A stretch of 63,147 nucleotides of DNA, filler included, from Asterionella formosa (lineage: Eukaryota): the NCBI GenBank assembly GCA_002256025.1. It is 17 parts of 17 records of this genome, joined end to end, with 100 filler letters (N's around TTAATTAATTAA, not from the genome) between each part and the next. Parts side by side here need not be neighbours in the genome. Positions count along the whole stretch, not along the records: positions 1 to 21,054 come from NKIB01003126.1; 16 more parts are not named here. One strand, written 5' to 3'. Every line of letters begins with the position of its first letter. Positions within the stretch are counted from its first letter, which is position 1. Positions 1-12,486 of the stretch are shown piece by piece. The translations under genes were made by a program, and so were the position numbers. Under the pieces are notes generated by a model. That model searched no databases. It was not told where the DNA came from and saw nothing but the letters and a program-made list of their open reading frames with translations.

Positions 1-19
1 ATCTGTTGGCACATTGAAC

Positions 20-2790
20 ATGGCGTCAGCGAGCAATATCACCAACGATGCGTTCCCTTGTGGGTCCACGGTTCCATTTCCTTTCGAGCATCCGTATCCT
101 CAGCAAACAGCGTTGATGGACGCCATGCTGAAGGCCTTGGAACGGAAGCACAGGGACAACTCAAAAGGTGCGGCTATCATGCTGCTGGAATCTCCAACAG
201 GAACCGGCAAGAGTCTGTCACTGGCATGTGCTGCCATGGCGTGGTTGCGGCATACCGAACAGGCTGACTTTTCAGGCTCCAACGAGGCGGAGACGAAACC
301 ACAGGAGATTAACAGTGGGATAGACTGGCTGGACTCATGGGTTTCTCCCGAAGAGACGGAACGCATCTACCAAGAAAAAGTGGTACGCCAGCGAGCTCAT
401 GAGTTCAGGTCCAAGCTCAAGGCGGAGATCACTGCCCTGCAAAATAAACTTGCCCCCGACAATCTACGGGAAAGACGAGAAAATCTGGTTCGATCCGCCG
501 TTACGACCGCCAAAATGTCGGAACGAAAAGTTACGCGAACGATGAAGAAATACTCAAAGTTATCAAAACGAGAAGACTATTGCGTTGGAGAGTATCGATC
601 AGATGCTGAAGACCGGGACTCAGACTTGAGCGACACAGAAATGGGAAAATGGGTGGAGTCATCGGACCTTTCGAGCATATTAGACGGAAGAAACTTAGAC
701 GGATCAAGCGCCACGCATGGAACTCTTTCCATCGGACATGTTCAGCCCGGAAGTGGATACCGAAAAATTATTTACGCCGCTCGAACTCATTCGCAGCTAT
801 CGCAGTTTGTAGGGGAACTTCGCAGAACCTATTGGGGCAAAGATGTTCGTGTAGTTGCTCTTGGAGGAAGGCAGGTGCTCTGTGGAAATGCTACTATAAA
901 TAAGAAGGGTAGATCTGAGGCATCAATTTCGGAAGCTTGCCTTGACTTACAAAAGGAAAAGAACAAATGCTGCCCACTCAAAATATCGAAAGAAGCTATC
1001 TCGACTTTGGCTCTGCATATGGTAGCTTGTCCATCTGACATTGAGGATTCGGCCAGGTTGGGCCAAGCCTCTCATACATGCGCATACTATGCGTCAAGAG
1101 TAAGTGACTCATTTTCTGTCCTTTCGAACTCGACTTCTCGTGAATTAATAACCGTTTACTGCAGGAAGCACTTGCCACTGCTGAGGTGGTTGTAATGCCC
1201 TATAGTATGTTGCTATCAAAGGCAGCTCGAACGGCTGTTGGGCTATCTTTGAAGAAATCGCTTGTTCTCGTCGACGAAGCACATAATCTTCCAGAGGCTA
1301 TCCGGACTTTGCATTCGAGCAGATTAAATTTGCCTGTTACCGAAGTAGCTTTGGAGCAATTGACTGCTTATACTCAGCGCTATGCCTCAAGGCTTACTGG
1401 GAGGAATCTATATTACTTGGGACAGATTCGAAAATGTTTGCTGGCCTTCATTAGGTACCTGAAATCAGGTCCGAGTCAATCGCGCAAAATGATGTCATCT
1501 GGAGAGCTATTGATTGAATTGAAACTTGATAATGTGAACATTTTCAAAATTATTCGATACCTGGAGCACTCTCGCCTTCCTCAGAAGTTGCTAGGTTTTA
1601 CTACGGTAATCCTAGATGCATCTAAAGAATTGTCCTCGGCACCTGGGGAGAATACCCTATCAAAACATGTGTCTGCACTCTCTGTTGTACAAGGGTTTCT
1701 CGAGAAGCTGACTTCTACAACCAAGGAGGGTAAGGTTGTGACAGACAGGCCAGCTGAAGTTGTTGATACTGATTCGCGGTCAAGGACCATCCAACATCCA
1801 ACATTACGGTTTGTATTGCTTCATCCCGCTGCCCATTTCCAGAACGTTTTGGATGAAGCCCACGGTGTAGCACTGGTAGGGGGGACATTAAAACCGTTTG
1901 CTCATGTCGCTGCCGAACTCCTCGGCATTGAGCACATTCAAGAAGCTGCGAAAGCCGACAATGCCTTTAACAAAAGCACATCCACAACCCTCGAAACTGT
2001 TTCGGAGACTTTGACAACTTTTGCATGTGATCATGTTGTGCCATCGTCGAATATTCGGCTAGAATGCATGACAGTGGGTCCAACAAACCAAAAGCTAGAT
2101 TTTCGTCACACGTCGCGGACAGCAAATGTCGTATGTGATGAGCTTGGGCGAGCCATACTCCAGGTCTGTATGAAGGTTCCTTCAGGTATGGTAGTCTTCT
2201 TGCCTAGTTATTCGTATGAGACCCATTTGGTCCGACGTTGGAAAGCAACGGGGATTTGGCAAGACTTCTTACAACAAAAGAGTGTCTATCGTGAACCCAA
2301 GAGCTCTCAACAAGTAGAAGCAGTTTTGGATGCATATTCTAGAGACGCCCAATCGAAAGGAGCGATCCTGCTTTCTGTAGTTGGGGGGAAGATGAGCGAA
2401 GGGATCAACTTCGCGAATGACATGGCTAGATGTGTCATGGTAGTGGGTCTACCCTACCCCGATATAACAGACCCTGAACTGAAAGAAAAAATGGCAAATA
2501 TGGACCAGAATGCTTCCCATTTCAATTGCGCCACCACTGGGCAAGCATACTATCATAATTTATGCATGCGAGCAGTAAATCAGAGTGTTGGGCGGGCCAT
2601 TCGACATGCTGATGACTATGCTGCAATTATCCTCGCAGACGCTAGATATGCCACTGACCAACGAGTTTGGATGGGCCTCCCCACATGGCTTCGGAGAGAT
2701 GTCTGCCAGTCGTCCAAAACATTCAAGGCAGTTGGATTAAGTCTAGATTGTTTCTTTGGTTTGAAGCACTCTTTCACGGTTTCGCCCTAA
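20..2790 (+). CDS. DDX11: DDX11/Chl1 Fe-S DEAH-box DNA helicase; exons 20-1099 and 1165-2790
   Basis: Motifs FPFEHPYPQQ (Q motif), ESPTGTGKS, ARTHSQLSQF, CAYYASR, VDEAHNL, GGTL, VGGKMSEGINF and VNQSVGRAIRH. The intron GTAAGT...CTGCAG at 1100-1164 joins the two ORFs in frame (YASR|EALATAEVVVMPY). Confidence 0.93.
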
Positions 2791-2913
2791 AAACTTTTGG
2801 CTTTGCGCTTTCTTTGATTTGAAAGCACCATTTCTCTCAAATAATCTTTCGTCTGGCTCAAGAGTACAAGCATTATGTGTTCCCTATAATCTTAGTATGC
2901 GACACTGCAGTAA

Positions 2914-4248
2914 TTAGCTATCATCGAAACGGGCGACATGGGTTTTTTTGCACTTGCGAGGTTCAGACTCTTCAGTTATCCAGCTTCGCCTCGTTCCGGC
3001 ACAAATTTCAGAGGTAGGATCGTCCTGGGCTGGGTACGATGCAGTAGCGGCAGGTACTGTCATGTCATCATGATGCGTTCGCATAGACCCCTGCAAGCTC
3101 AAAGCGGCATGAGTCAAGGAGCGCAGCATATCAGGCGCCGACGAATGACTACCAGCTATTGCTTCGACACCTTTGGTGGCGATAAGCTGCTGAACAAGAC
3201 CAGCAAGCTTGTCGTACTCAACTGAGAGGTTTGTGATGCGGCGATTATAATCGTATGACATTTCAGACAAGCGCCTATCGAAATCAACTGACATACATTG
3301 CATGTGATCCTTCATTCTGCAAATTTCTCCGCGTAAGCCGTCTACGTCGTCCTTCGACTGCATCTCTGACTTTGTGGCTCGTTTGATTTGACCCAATAGT
3401 TCTGACTGGCCCTTCTGAAATTTTTCGTGGTAAAATCGGACGTAGCAAGCCGTTCGTGCGTCAAAGTCGGCAGTCAAGATCGGTTCAGCTTTCAACTTGC
3501 GAAATCCATAAAAATTGAGTTGTCGGGCAAAAGAAGAAAAATTTGAATGCTTGAAGTACATTGGAAGGATATCCTGGGCAAACTTCTCTACGTTCTTGAC
3601 CACAAAATTATCCCCAGATGGACTCCACGTGGCCACAGTTGGATCACATCGATCAATCATGTGATAGGTTTCTGCACATAGAAAGCCAAGTCCGGGGCAA
3701 GAGAGATATTGTTAGTTCCTCTGCTTAAGTATTGTGGTAAAATCAAATTTGTGGATTGACATTGCTGAGTTTCACCGTCCATGACAACCTCGTCTCTCCA
3801 CTTGGTAAAACCATCCAAATCAGACCATAACGCAGAATAAAGAAAGTGCAGAGTTTGTTCTCATCATTTAAATTGAAAAATCTGTGTAATTAAGTCCCTA
3901 GTTTTGGCGTGTGCGCGAACTAGCAACATCGTGGCAAGGTAGCCAATGAAATGATTAAGGGACGATGAAGTGCTTGTATTCAGGGCACTTACTGGAAAGA
4001 AACATTGGCAGCTGATGTTGCTTCGGACAGCATTTGCTAGATAACTGAGCTAACTTTTCCTCTGTGCTACTTGCGCTGGCAACTGAGGCTGGCGGTGGAG
4101 AGCAGGAAAGCGAACAGAGGGCCTCGCACGTCATTACCGTGTTTTCAGCGCACTCTCCGGATTCATTCAAAAACACATGCTCCACCTTGTCATCGGCACC
4201 AGGGATTGCCCTGTCGTTGCTGCCCTTCTTGAGGGGTGTGTTGCTCAT
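2914..4248 (-). CDS. Heat-shock transcription factor (HSF DNA-binding domain plus coiled coil); exons 4248-3993 and 3671-2914
   Basis: Splicing out 3672-3992 (GTAAGT...GCAG) gives LPMFLSKTYHMIDRCDPTVATWS...YFKHSNFSSFARQLNFYGFRK, a canonical HSF DNA-binding domain; total 1014 nt in frame. Confidence 0.92.
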
Positions 4249-5333
4249 GATATCATGTAATACTTACTACAATTTCAGACTTCAGAAGCACCTTGCTTGC
4301 GTGAATGATGGTGATCGCATTCCTGCACAATTATTTTGCAACATACATGCATACGGCGAACAGCGAACAACGAACAACGAAGCTTCCCCTGAATTCTCAG
4401 GAAGTATAGTGAATTTCTTGATTCCGGGTCTCTAACACGCAATACTGCAAGGAATGGGTGTCAATTGTTTTTCTGATGAAGCAAACGGACAACGTGAGAC
4501 AGGACAGGCGCTAAAGTTCAATCTTTTCTGTACCATCTAAAAAAATTGAATCTTCACAGAGATACATTTCGAAAAATATCTCAGCTATGGCAAAACAGTT
4601 AGCCGTTTTTTGACATTTGCAATGACTAGGGAGTTTCTTGCAGATCCATCTGTTTATGCAATCTCTCAAATGTTCCTTGATGCTATGAACTCCTGCATGC
4701 ACAGCATTATCCTATAAATTCCCCGCAACAAACAAAGAGAAACAAAAAGTGATGAATGGATTTCTTGAAAAAAGCAAGCAGCAACTATTCTGTGGATGCG
4801 TTGGGTATCATTTACATCTTTACATTGAATCTACTTTGCTGTACATAGTTTTAATATTACATTACGCCCAAAGGCTATATCAGCACTGGAGTACCAGAAT
4901 GGTGGTTATAATCTTGGTTCATGATGATGGAAGGCAGGATGAAACTAGTACTGGCTGATTTTATTTATTTGCATGCAGTTCATCTAATACATTTTTGGCT
5001 GGCATGATTCTACGAGACTGGCATACTCCAGCAAATCTGATGGAGGTGAGTAAATTCAATTCAACCAATCAGAATATGTGTAGTGACACAGCAGGTCTTA
5101 CCAAGGAGTCTTTTTGGATAGAGAATTATGCTGCAAAACATACCTACGCAAGAATCGAAGTGTACAAGAACATTTTTGGATGTTCAAATTCCGATTCTAA
5201 TATTTTGGTGAGCAACTGTCCAGAAAAGTCAATCAGGTCGACTTTGGAGGAGGATTGCTCTACATCTGTGATGGGGTTTCATGACGATTAAAATATACAG
5301 CATGTACCCTATCTTATAACGTCATGAGTTAAC

Positions 5334-5458
5334 TTCTGGAGAAAAAGTGCAGTTATGTATCGTAGATTTTTTACAATGCTTCTTGATAGCCCCTTTTTTT
5401 TGACTATTTTTGGGATAGTTACGAATCTACAATACATAACTGCACTTTCTCTCCAGAA
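5334..5458. repeat. 35-bp inverted repeat (foldback/MITE-like hairpin)
   Basis: TTCTGGAGAAAAAGTGCAGTTATGTATCGTAGATT (5334-5368) is the reverse complement of 5424-5458 with 2 mismatches. Confidence 0.8.
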
Positions 5459-5717
5459 ATGAGGTCCTTACCATATCTGAAGGTAGAACATACCCTCAAG
5501 TCGAACAATGACTGTATCTAAGGATATGCAAAGTGGTGGTATTGGTGAAAGCTAATTTTACCTTGAACTATTTTATTTAGTTGAAGGTAATGTGTTGATT
5601 GAGGTACATCATAAAAATGTTTTGGGAAAAAAGACCTCACAATGTGTAATTACTGGGCCACAACCATAATGTACAGCACTATACATCGATCTGTACCTTA
5701 TATGATTGTGCTCATTA

Positions 5718-6699
5718 GGGCCGTTCTTATCATTCTGTCACTGGTCGTCATTGGTGTATCATCTCCGGGTTTGGTTTCGAAAATGGCATTTAGTATCATA
5801 TTTTTGTATCACCAACGGTTTTTTTGTCTGATCACCGGTGTATCATGGGTGTAGCACTGATACATTTTTGTACTCCTGACCAATGCTGTATCAGTGATAC
5901 AGCCGTTGATCGCTGTGTATCACGTCCGTTGTCACCGATAAAATAATGCCAGTAATACTAGTAACTGTATAATTTAATTTGTTGATGGGAATGCAACATG
6001 AAAACACCACTGTTGCAATTGATTGATCTAGCTAATGGCGTCTATAATATAAATTCTAGCCTAACACCAGTTTTGCATGCCCTTTTGTCATATTATAGTA
6101 TCGTTGTACTAGTCGTATTGGTGGTCATAGCTTTAGTCGTTGCTGGAACAAATCAATAGTTCTATTTGCCTTCCTATAAATCAAAGAATATTCTTTTACA
6201 TTGTAGATTCGTAATTTCTCACGCAATTTTAAAGTCATTTCTATATTCCTTTTTCTGTTGCATCGTTCAAACAAAGATATATTAAACCTCAACGGTGCAG
6301 CGTCTTATTTCCCATTTTGATGGAGAAATGGCCGATTATCAAGAACATAGTCAATGTGTTAATGACAACATGTTGATGAGTCTCCCAGTACTGGTAGCAT
6401 GTACACTACATGGGCTCCATCACATGATATATTTGTTTTATTAAATTCCGATTTTCTAGGCTATGCATATGCATATTACTGCTCAGATATATTTAGATGT
6501 TCATCGCTGGCCTGTCGTTGCCACTGACGATCCATGTTTCTACCCCATGATGATATGCTGTGATACAAAGCAATTAGTGATACAATATCAAGTTTGGAAT
6601 GAATGAAATTCAGTTCAAATCGAGTTACTGTCATTGCTGATACATTTTCCAAATTTTTCAAATTAAGTGATACACAATGAAAAATGATAAGAACAGACC
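5718..6699. mobile_element. Non-autonomous PIF/Harbinger element
   Basis: TIRs GGGCCGTTCTTATCATT and AATGATAAGAACAGACC, with TTA on both sides (5715-5717, 6700-6702). Many subterminal GTATCA/TGATAC motifs. The right end is homologous to 47580-47774, next to a Harbinger transposase. Confidence 0.85.
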
Positions 6700-7380
6700 T
6701 TAGGGCAATTGAGCCAGAGAAAGATTTGACGCAATTGTTTTCGCCCAGAGGGAGTACCACATAACAAGGACAACAATGGTGATGCAACAATCATACACAT
6801 TGCGGTTTCGAAGAATTGAATATGGAAAAGGGAACAGAATCTATCAATGGTATGTTGGGAGTTTTGGTAAAAGACTGTTTTTACTTAAAGGAAAACACAG
6901 CTAAATTTCCTATTTACTGCAACTTACTTCTTGGTAACTGGTATGAGTTACCGGTAATTAGTACACAACACATGACAAATAGCAGAGGAATATTGGAGTA
7001 TGCCTCTGGTAGCTATCATCATTCCATGGTGAACAGGAACAGTACCTGGTAGTGTAGTGATGACATGAATGACCAATGCATACGTATGTGGCCAAACTTG
7101 AGTGAATGGATTTAAGGGAGGCTGCCTACTGCTAGTACCAGCAATATGTATTTCCAACAGGGTAGGTAATAAAATTATAGAGCACACATAAGTAGAAGTG
7201 GACAATTGATAACTGTTTTCCTCTGTGTCCGGCAGCATATGCTTTCGTCAAGATATGTTCAGTGCTTGTTTATATTTTTTGCTTAGTAATAAAGAAGACA
7301 AAGCTCAATGGATGAAACAAAAAGGAAGAACCCCACTCACATCTAGCCGAGGAGCAGCATCGAACATTCTGCCGCCTACA

Positions 7381-7400
7381 TACCAGGTACCTGGTACCTT
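7381..7400. repeat. Palindromic GGTACC-W array upstream of the ABCC gene
   Basis: Perfect palindrome TACCAGGTACCTGGTA at 7381-7396; related ACCGGT/CCTGGTA motifs continue to about 7995. Confidence 0.7.
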
Positions 7401-8156
7401 ACTGGCATGATTGCTTGCTTGTCATATGCGGACATTATTCCTTTAACGAGTCGGCTGGCACTCCTCTTTGTTTATTAATTAACCTCAACCGGTTCTAATA
7501 CTATAGTATGCTGCACGATATGCGCATGTCTGCATTATTACTACATAGGCAACCGTCAGAAAAAATCCGGGTTGTCCGCCAGCTAGAAGTAGTACGTGCA
7601 TACGTATTTGAGTGAGCCGGTCGTACATAGCTGACATACCGGTAGTCCTCGTCAGAGTCTCGCTCAGACCCAATTTCTGATGACGCGATTTTGAAGTGCC
7701 TCAGTGGCCTTCGCATCAGCCGAGGAAGAAACGAAGAAACACCACTGCATAATTATCTCCTTGCGAATACCCGGGGATGAGCGATGCCATCACCGGTGTT
7801 ACGGCAGCCACATACAGTAACACGCACGGTAGAGTACCCGGTATGGCGCCAGGGTACCTGATGTGTATACTGGTGACCTGGTATGTATTTATTGTACACA
7901 AAGAGACAACAAGGCAACAATCAGCCAATTAATAGCTACTGTACTTTCAAACATTTTGTTTACCCAGGCAGGTTATAAAAATAGTCACCGGTAAATAAGT
8001 TACTAACATACGGAACTACAACCTCAGGAAGCAAAAAGAAGGAGGAATCTTATGCCGGTATTGTGTTGTTGTGCTTGTCTTACTTTAAACAGAATTATCA
8101 TAAGTTCAACGACCAGCGCAACCTGAAAGCTTTCAAAGCATTGATATACTTTCATC

Positions 8157-11100
8157 ATGTGCAATCCCACTGATGTAGAGGAGCCGGCGAAGGGGAAAAC
8201 TGAGGCGGAGACTGAGACTGAGGCGTTCAATACTGAAAAGAGCGCGCGGCGAAAGCCTCAAAACGGCAAAGACTTGGGTGTTTGGGAAATATCACTAGAA
8301 GACCGATCCAACATGCTTTCGCTATGGACACTCGGTTACCTCTCGCCGTTGTTGCGGCTCGGAGCCTTCAAACTGCTGGAACAAGATGACGTGGGTGTTC
8401 CATCGAAGGTGGACTTAGCAGATACAGCGTATGACGTGATACTTCGAGCCTGGGCTGAACAGGTTGAGAAATGCGCGGCGTTTAACACAGAAAAGACAAG
8501 GCTGTACGATGCCAGTGTAGCTAGGTGCAACAATGATGAACAGCGCACAAAAGTCAAAAAACCGACGCTGAGAGAACCAAGTATGGCTACTGCGCTTCTC
8601 AAGGGATTCGGGACCTGGAAGATTGTCTTTGCCATTGCACTCTATGTTGTCTCGGCCCTACTTGGCTTTGTGCCAGTTCTCATTTTGAACGATCTCGTCA
8701 AATTCTTTGAGAGTGGCGGAAATAGTTCCGATTACCATGGTATCGCTCCTCCGTGGGTCGAAGTTGTGGCACTTGGGTTCATTCCATTTATCATTTCTCT
8801 TCTTCAGACGCGCAACCAAGTCATCATGGCGCATTGTTCCGTATTTGTTCGAACTGGTGTGTCAACCTTGCTATATCAAAAATCTCTTTGCGTATCTGCA
8901 GGAGGTCGTGCCAAGACATCGACTGGGCAAATCGTAAACCTGATGAGCAACGATACTACTCAGCTGCAACGTTTTCTCCAGTTTTCAGGTATGATTGTCG
9001 TGGCTCCGCTACAGATTATTATAGCTCTCGTATTGATATATGGACAAGTTGGGAATGCAACATGGGTCGGTGTCGGATTCATGGTGTTTTTGGCACCAAT
9101 CAATGTTGTAATCTTCTCTATTGTCAGCAAGATGCGCCGCAAGGTGCTCAAGTATTCTGATCTACGCGTTAAGATGATGAACGAGATCTTGAACGGCATC
9201 CGTATCATCAAGTTCTATGGTTGGGAGAAAGCGTTTGGGAAGGAAGTTGGAAAACTTCGTCGAAAAGAACTAGATGCACTAACAAATTTGGCGTATGTCA
9301 GCGCGGTCGGTTTCAGCCTAATATTGCTCAGTGCGCCTATCATCCAACCTATCCTTGTGTTTGTTACTTATGTCAATATTCAATCGACCCCCTTGGATGC
9401 AGCGACTGCATTTACAACTGTGGCACTTTTTAATATTATGCGTTTCCCTTTTGCCTTCTTGCCTATGGGTTTGCTTCAGTACATTCAAAGTAAGATCTCA
9501 CTCCGTCGTATCGAACTTTTCTTACAGCTTCCCGAGCTTGACGAGTACGTTGTCAATGACACTGACAACGAGCCAGGGAGCATTGCCATCACGAACGGAG
9601 CTTTCTCCTGGTCAAACCCAGATGGGCCAGAGATTCGCCCTATTCAAGATGATCGGAAGAAGCCCCCTAAGAAGAAGAAAGAAGATCGCCGTGGAAGTAA
9701 ATCTCCTGTTGACACTTCAGCAGATGCGAGCATGCGAAATACTCAACATAGTCAAACTGGCAGTGTTGACACAGAAGGTCATCCCAGGGTACCAGTGATA
9801 ACACTCAAGGATATCACCACCACAATCACTCCTGGAAGCCTTGTTGCCATTGTTGGTCCGGTTGGCTCTGGAAAATCCTCGTTTCTTTCTGCCATTCTAG
9901 GTGAGATGGAACCCATCAAGAGTTCAAAAGTCATTCTACCGATTGGAAATTCCGACAGAGCTGGATTCCTTTCTTACTGTGCCCAGACTCCGTGGGTGGT
10001 CAATGCTACCCTTAAGGATAATATCCTCTTTGGTCGCGAGATGGTCCAAGAGCGATATGATCAAATTGTTGAAGCTTGTGCATTGCTTGATGATTTAGCG
10101 GTGTTGCCTGCCGGGGACATGACTGAAATTGGTGAGCGTGGTATAAATTTATCAGGGGGCCAAAAAGCTCGCGTGGCACTGGCTCGCGCATTATATTCCC
10201 CAAAGACGAAGGTCGTATTAATGGATGATCCACTCTCCGCCGTTGACGCTCATGTAGGGGAACACTTGTTTGCCTCTGCTATAACGGGCGACGTCATCAA
10301 GGGTGCGACACGAGTCTTGGTCACGCATCATGTCCATTTCCTGCCACGCTGTGATAAAGTGATTGTCATGGAAGGTGGTCGTATCAAACATCAAGGACGA
10401 TTCGAGGACCTTGTTGCACAAGGAATCGATTTTGCTGGAGCAGTTGATTGTTCCAAGGTTGAAACAGCTGAAGACGCGAGTCTACCTGAGAGTCCTGCAT
10501 TGGTTGGATTGGCCGAAAAAGAGGAACTCAAGGAGGATACGGTATTAGAGGTGAAGGCAAAGGCCGACCTGAAGGAAAAAGGAAAATCGCTTGTGAAGGC
10601 TGAGGAACGCGAAGAGGGCAGCGTTGATAGTGGTGCCTACATTCATTACGCAAAGTCTGGTGGATGGTGGGTTGCAATTTCTGCTGTCTTTGTGCAGGGC
10701 TTAGGTCGTGCCGCTGAGGTCATGGCTGCGTTCTGGCTTTCAATTTGGGCTGGCAGTGCCGTTAGTGCAATACAGTCAGGCCATCCGCACACTGATGCCG
10801 AGACTTCTCGATATGTGGGCATTTATGCAGCGTTCGGTATGATTGGTGTGTTCGGATTGACTGTCCGTGCTTTACTTATGGCGGTACATCGCCTGCATGC
10901 CTCCAAGACTCTCCATGAAAACTTGACAGGCAGTATTCTTCGTGCCCCCGTTGCTTTCTTTGATGTGACACCCTCTGGGCGAATCTTAAATCGTTTTGCT
11001 GCTGACATGGATAAGATCGATCAGCAAATCACGCAAAGTCTGGGTCAAGGGTTCTCTACTATTTTTAGTGTATTGGGTGCAGTTGGTGCAATTATTGCTG

Positions 11101-12395
11101 CAACGAAGGGCACATTCCTTATTCCCTTGATTCCTATCGGATACATTTACTGGATGATTCAAAGATGGTTTCGCAATACATCGACGGAGCTTCAGCGCAT
11201 AAACAGCATTGCCAACTCCCCCATTTTTGCTGATTTCTCTCAAACATTGTCAGGTACATCCACGATTCGTGCCTACGGTGAACAAAATCGGTTCTTCGTG
11301 CATTGTAAACAATCCTTTGACAATATGAATTCATCTTATATTTTGGTGCAGCTTTGTAGTTATTGGCTTGGACTTCGTCTGGACATATTGGGAGGGTTAA
11401 TTGCAGCATTCATTGGTGGTCTTGCTGTTGCCACCTCATCGACAGGTTTCATACCAGCTGGCTGGCTTGGTCTTGCTCTTTCTTATGCCATTGAAGTAAC
11501 TGGATTCCTGAAGTTCGGCGTTCGGATGATAGCAACCATCGAAGCTGATATGAACTCAGTCGAGCGAGTGTTGTTCTATTCTCGGAACATTGAGTCCGAA
11601 GCACCATCAGAGATTCCAGGAAAAGATCCTGAACGAGGAACTTGGCCGACAAGTGGAGAAATTGAAATTAGGAACGCAAGTATGCGTTATAGAGATGGAC
11701 CACTTGTATTGAAGGATATCTCGCTCACTGTCAAGGGAGGAGAAAAGATCGGTGTTGTTGGACGAACTGGATCAGGAAAAAGTTCCTTGATGATTGTTCT
11801 CTTTCGTATTTCGGAAATTGAAAAGGACGGAGGAAAGATTTTGATTGATGGAGTTGATACTGGTGCAATCGGAACAGGCGCACTCCGACTGAATCTATCC
11901 ATCATTCCACAAGAACCTGTAATGTTCTCAAATAGCGTTCGCTACAACCTTGACCCCTTTGCCGAAGCATCAGACGAGCAACTTTGGGAGGTTTTGAAGA
12001 AAGTTGAGCTCGGTGAAGTCATTGCTACTTTGCCTGGTGGTCTTGATGAACAAGTTTCTGAAGGAGGTGAAAATTTCTCTCAAGGTCAACGTCAGCTGCT
12101 CTGTATTGCTCGATCGCTGCTGCGCAATCCTAAAGTTTTAGTCCTTGACGAGGCTACAGCCAGTATCGACAACACCACAGACGCTCTTATTCAGAAGATG
12201 ATTCGGAAAAACTTTGGAAACGCTACTGTCCTCACTATTGCTCATCGTCTAAACACCATTATGGACAGCGACCGAATCCTTGTTCTCGATGACGGTAGAA
12301 TAGTGGAATTCGACACTCCAGGTGCCCTTCTTGGAAAAAAGGATGGCTATTTCAAGGCAATGATGAACAAGAGCCAACAGGCCCACGAGATGTGA
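8157..12395 (+). CDS. ABCC/MRP-family full-size ABC transporter (TMD-NBD-TMD-NBD), intronless
   Basis: 1412-aa ORF. NBD1: [33 protein letters not shown]2: [17 protein letters not shown]2: [31 protein letters not shown]. Confidence 0.96.
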   Translation: MCNPTDVEEPAKGKTEAETETEAFNTEKSARRKPQNGKDLGVWEISLEDRSNMLSLWTLGYLSPLLRLGAFKLLEQDDVGVPSKVDLADTAYDVILRAWAEQVEKCAAFNTEKTRLYDASVARCNNDEQRTKVKKPTLREPSMATALLKGFGTWKIVFAIALYVVSALLGFVPVLILNDLVKFFESGGNSSDYHGIAPPWVEVVALGFIPFIISLLQTRNQVIMAHCSVFVRTGVSTLLYQKSLCVSAGGRAKTSTGQIVNLMSNDTTQLQRFLQFSGMIVVAPLQIIIALVLIYGQVGNATWVGVGFMVFLAPINVVIFSIVSKMRRKVLKYSDLRVKMMNEILNGIRIIKFYGWEKAFGKEVGKLRRKELDALTNLAYVSAVGFSLILLSAPIIQPILVFVTYVNIQSTPLDAATAFTTVALFNIMRFPFAFLPMGLLQYIQSKISLRRIELFLQLPELDEYVVNDTDNEPGSIAITNGAFSWSNPDGPEIRPIQDDRKKPPKKKKEDRRGSKSPVDTSADASMRNTQHSQTGSVDTEGHPRVPVITLKDITTTITPGSLVAIVGPVGSGKSSFLSAILGEMEPIKSSKVILPIGNSDRAGFLSYCAQTPWVVNATLKDNILFGREMVQERYDQIVEACALLDDLAVLPAGDMTEIGERGINLSGGQKARVALARALYSPKTKVVLMDDPLSAVDAHVGEHLFASAITGDVIKGATRVLVTHHVHFLPRCDKVIVMEGGRIKHQGRFEDLVAQGIDFAGAVDCSKVETAEDASLPESPALVGLAEKEELKEDTVLEVKAKADLKEKGKSLVKAEEREEGSVDSGAYIHYAKSGGWWVAISAVFVQGLGRAAEVMAAFWLSIWAGSAVSAIQSGHPHTDAETSRYVGIYAAFGMIGVFGLTVRALLMAVHRLHASKTLHENLTGSILRAPVAFFDVTPSGRILNRFAADMDKIDQQITQSLGQGFSTIFSVLGAVGAIIAATKGTFLIPLIPIGYIYWMIQRWFRNTSTELQRINSIANSPIFADFSQTLSGTSTIRAYGEQNRFFVHCKQSFDNMNSSYILVQLCSYWLGLRLDILGGLIAAFIGGLAVATSSTGFIPAGWLGLALSYAIEVTGFLKFGVRMIATIEADMNSVERVLFYSRNIESEAPSEIPGKDPERGTWPTSGEIEIRNASMRYRDGPLVLKDISLTVKGGEKIGVVGRTGSGKSSLMIVLFRISEIEKDGGKILIDGVDTGAIGTGALRLNLSIIPQEPVMFSNSVRYNLDPFAEASDEQLWEVLKKVELGEVIATLPGGLDEQVSEGGENFSQGQRQLLCIARSLLRNPKVLVLDEATASIDNTTDALIQKMIRKNFGNATVLTIAHRLNTIMDSDRILVLDDGRIVEFDTPGALLGKKDGYFKAMMNKSQQAHEM

Positions 12396-12486
12396 TTGTC
12401 TAAACGCACTATAAGAGAGAACTATTTAGGTCCATATTGTAGGAGGAATTACCAGAGAATATTTCCAGTATTGTATGTTTAATTAT

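Noticed and set aside
14..2790. Two separate helicase genes or a frameshifted pseudogene
   Set aside because: A canonical 65-nt intron joins the ORFs in frame; the same applies to the split HSF and TLDc ORFs.
7610..7740. tRNA, snoRNA or hammerhead in a GC-richer patch containing CTGATGA/CTGACGA
   Set aside because: No cloverleaf, no properly placed GAAA with a closing stem, and no convincing terminal stem.
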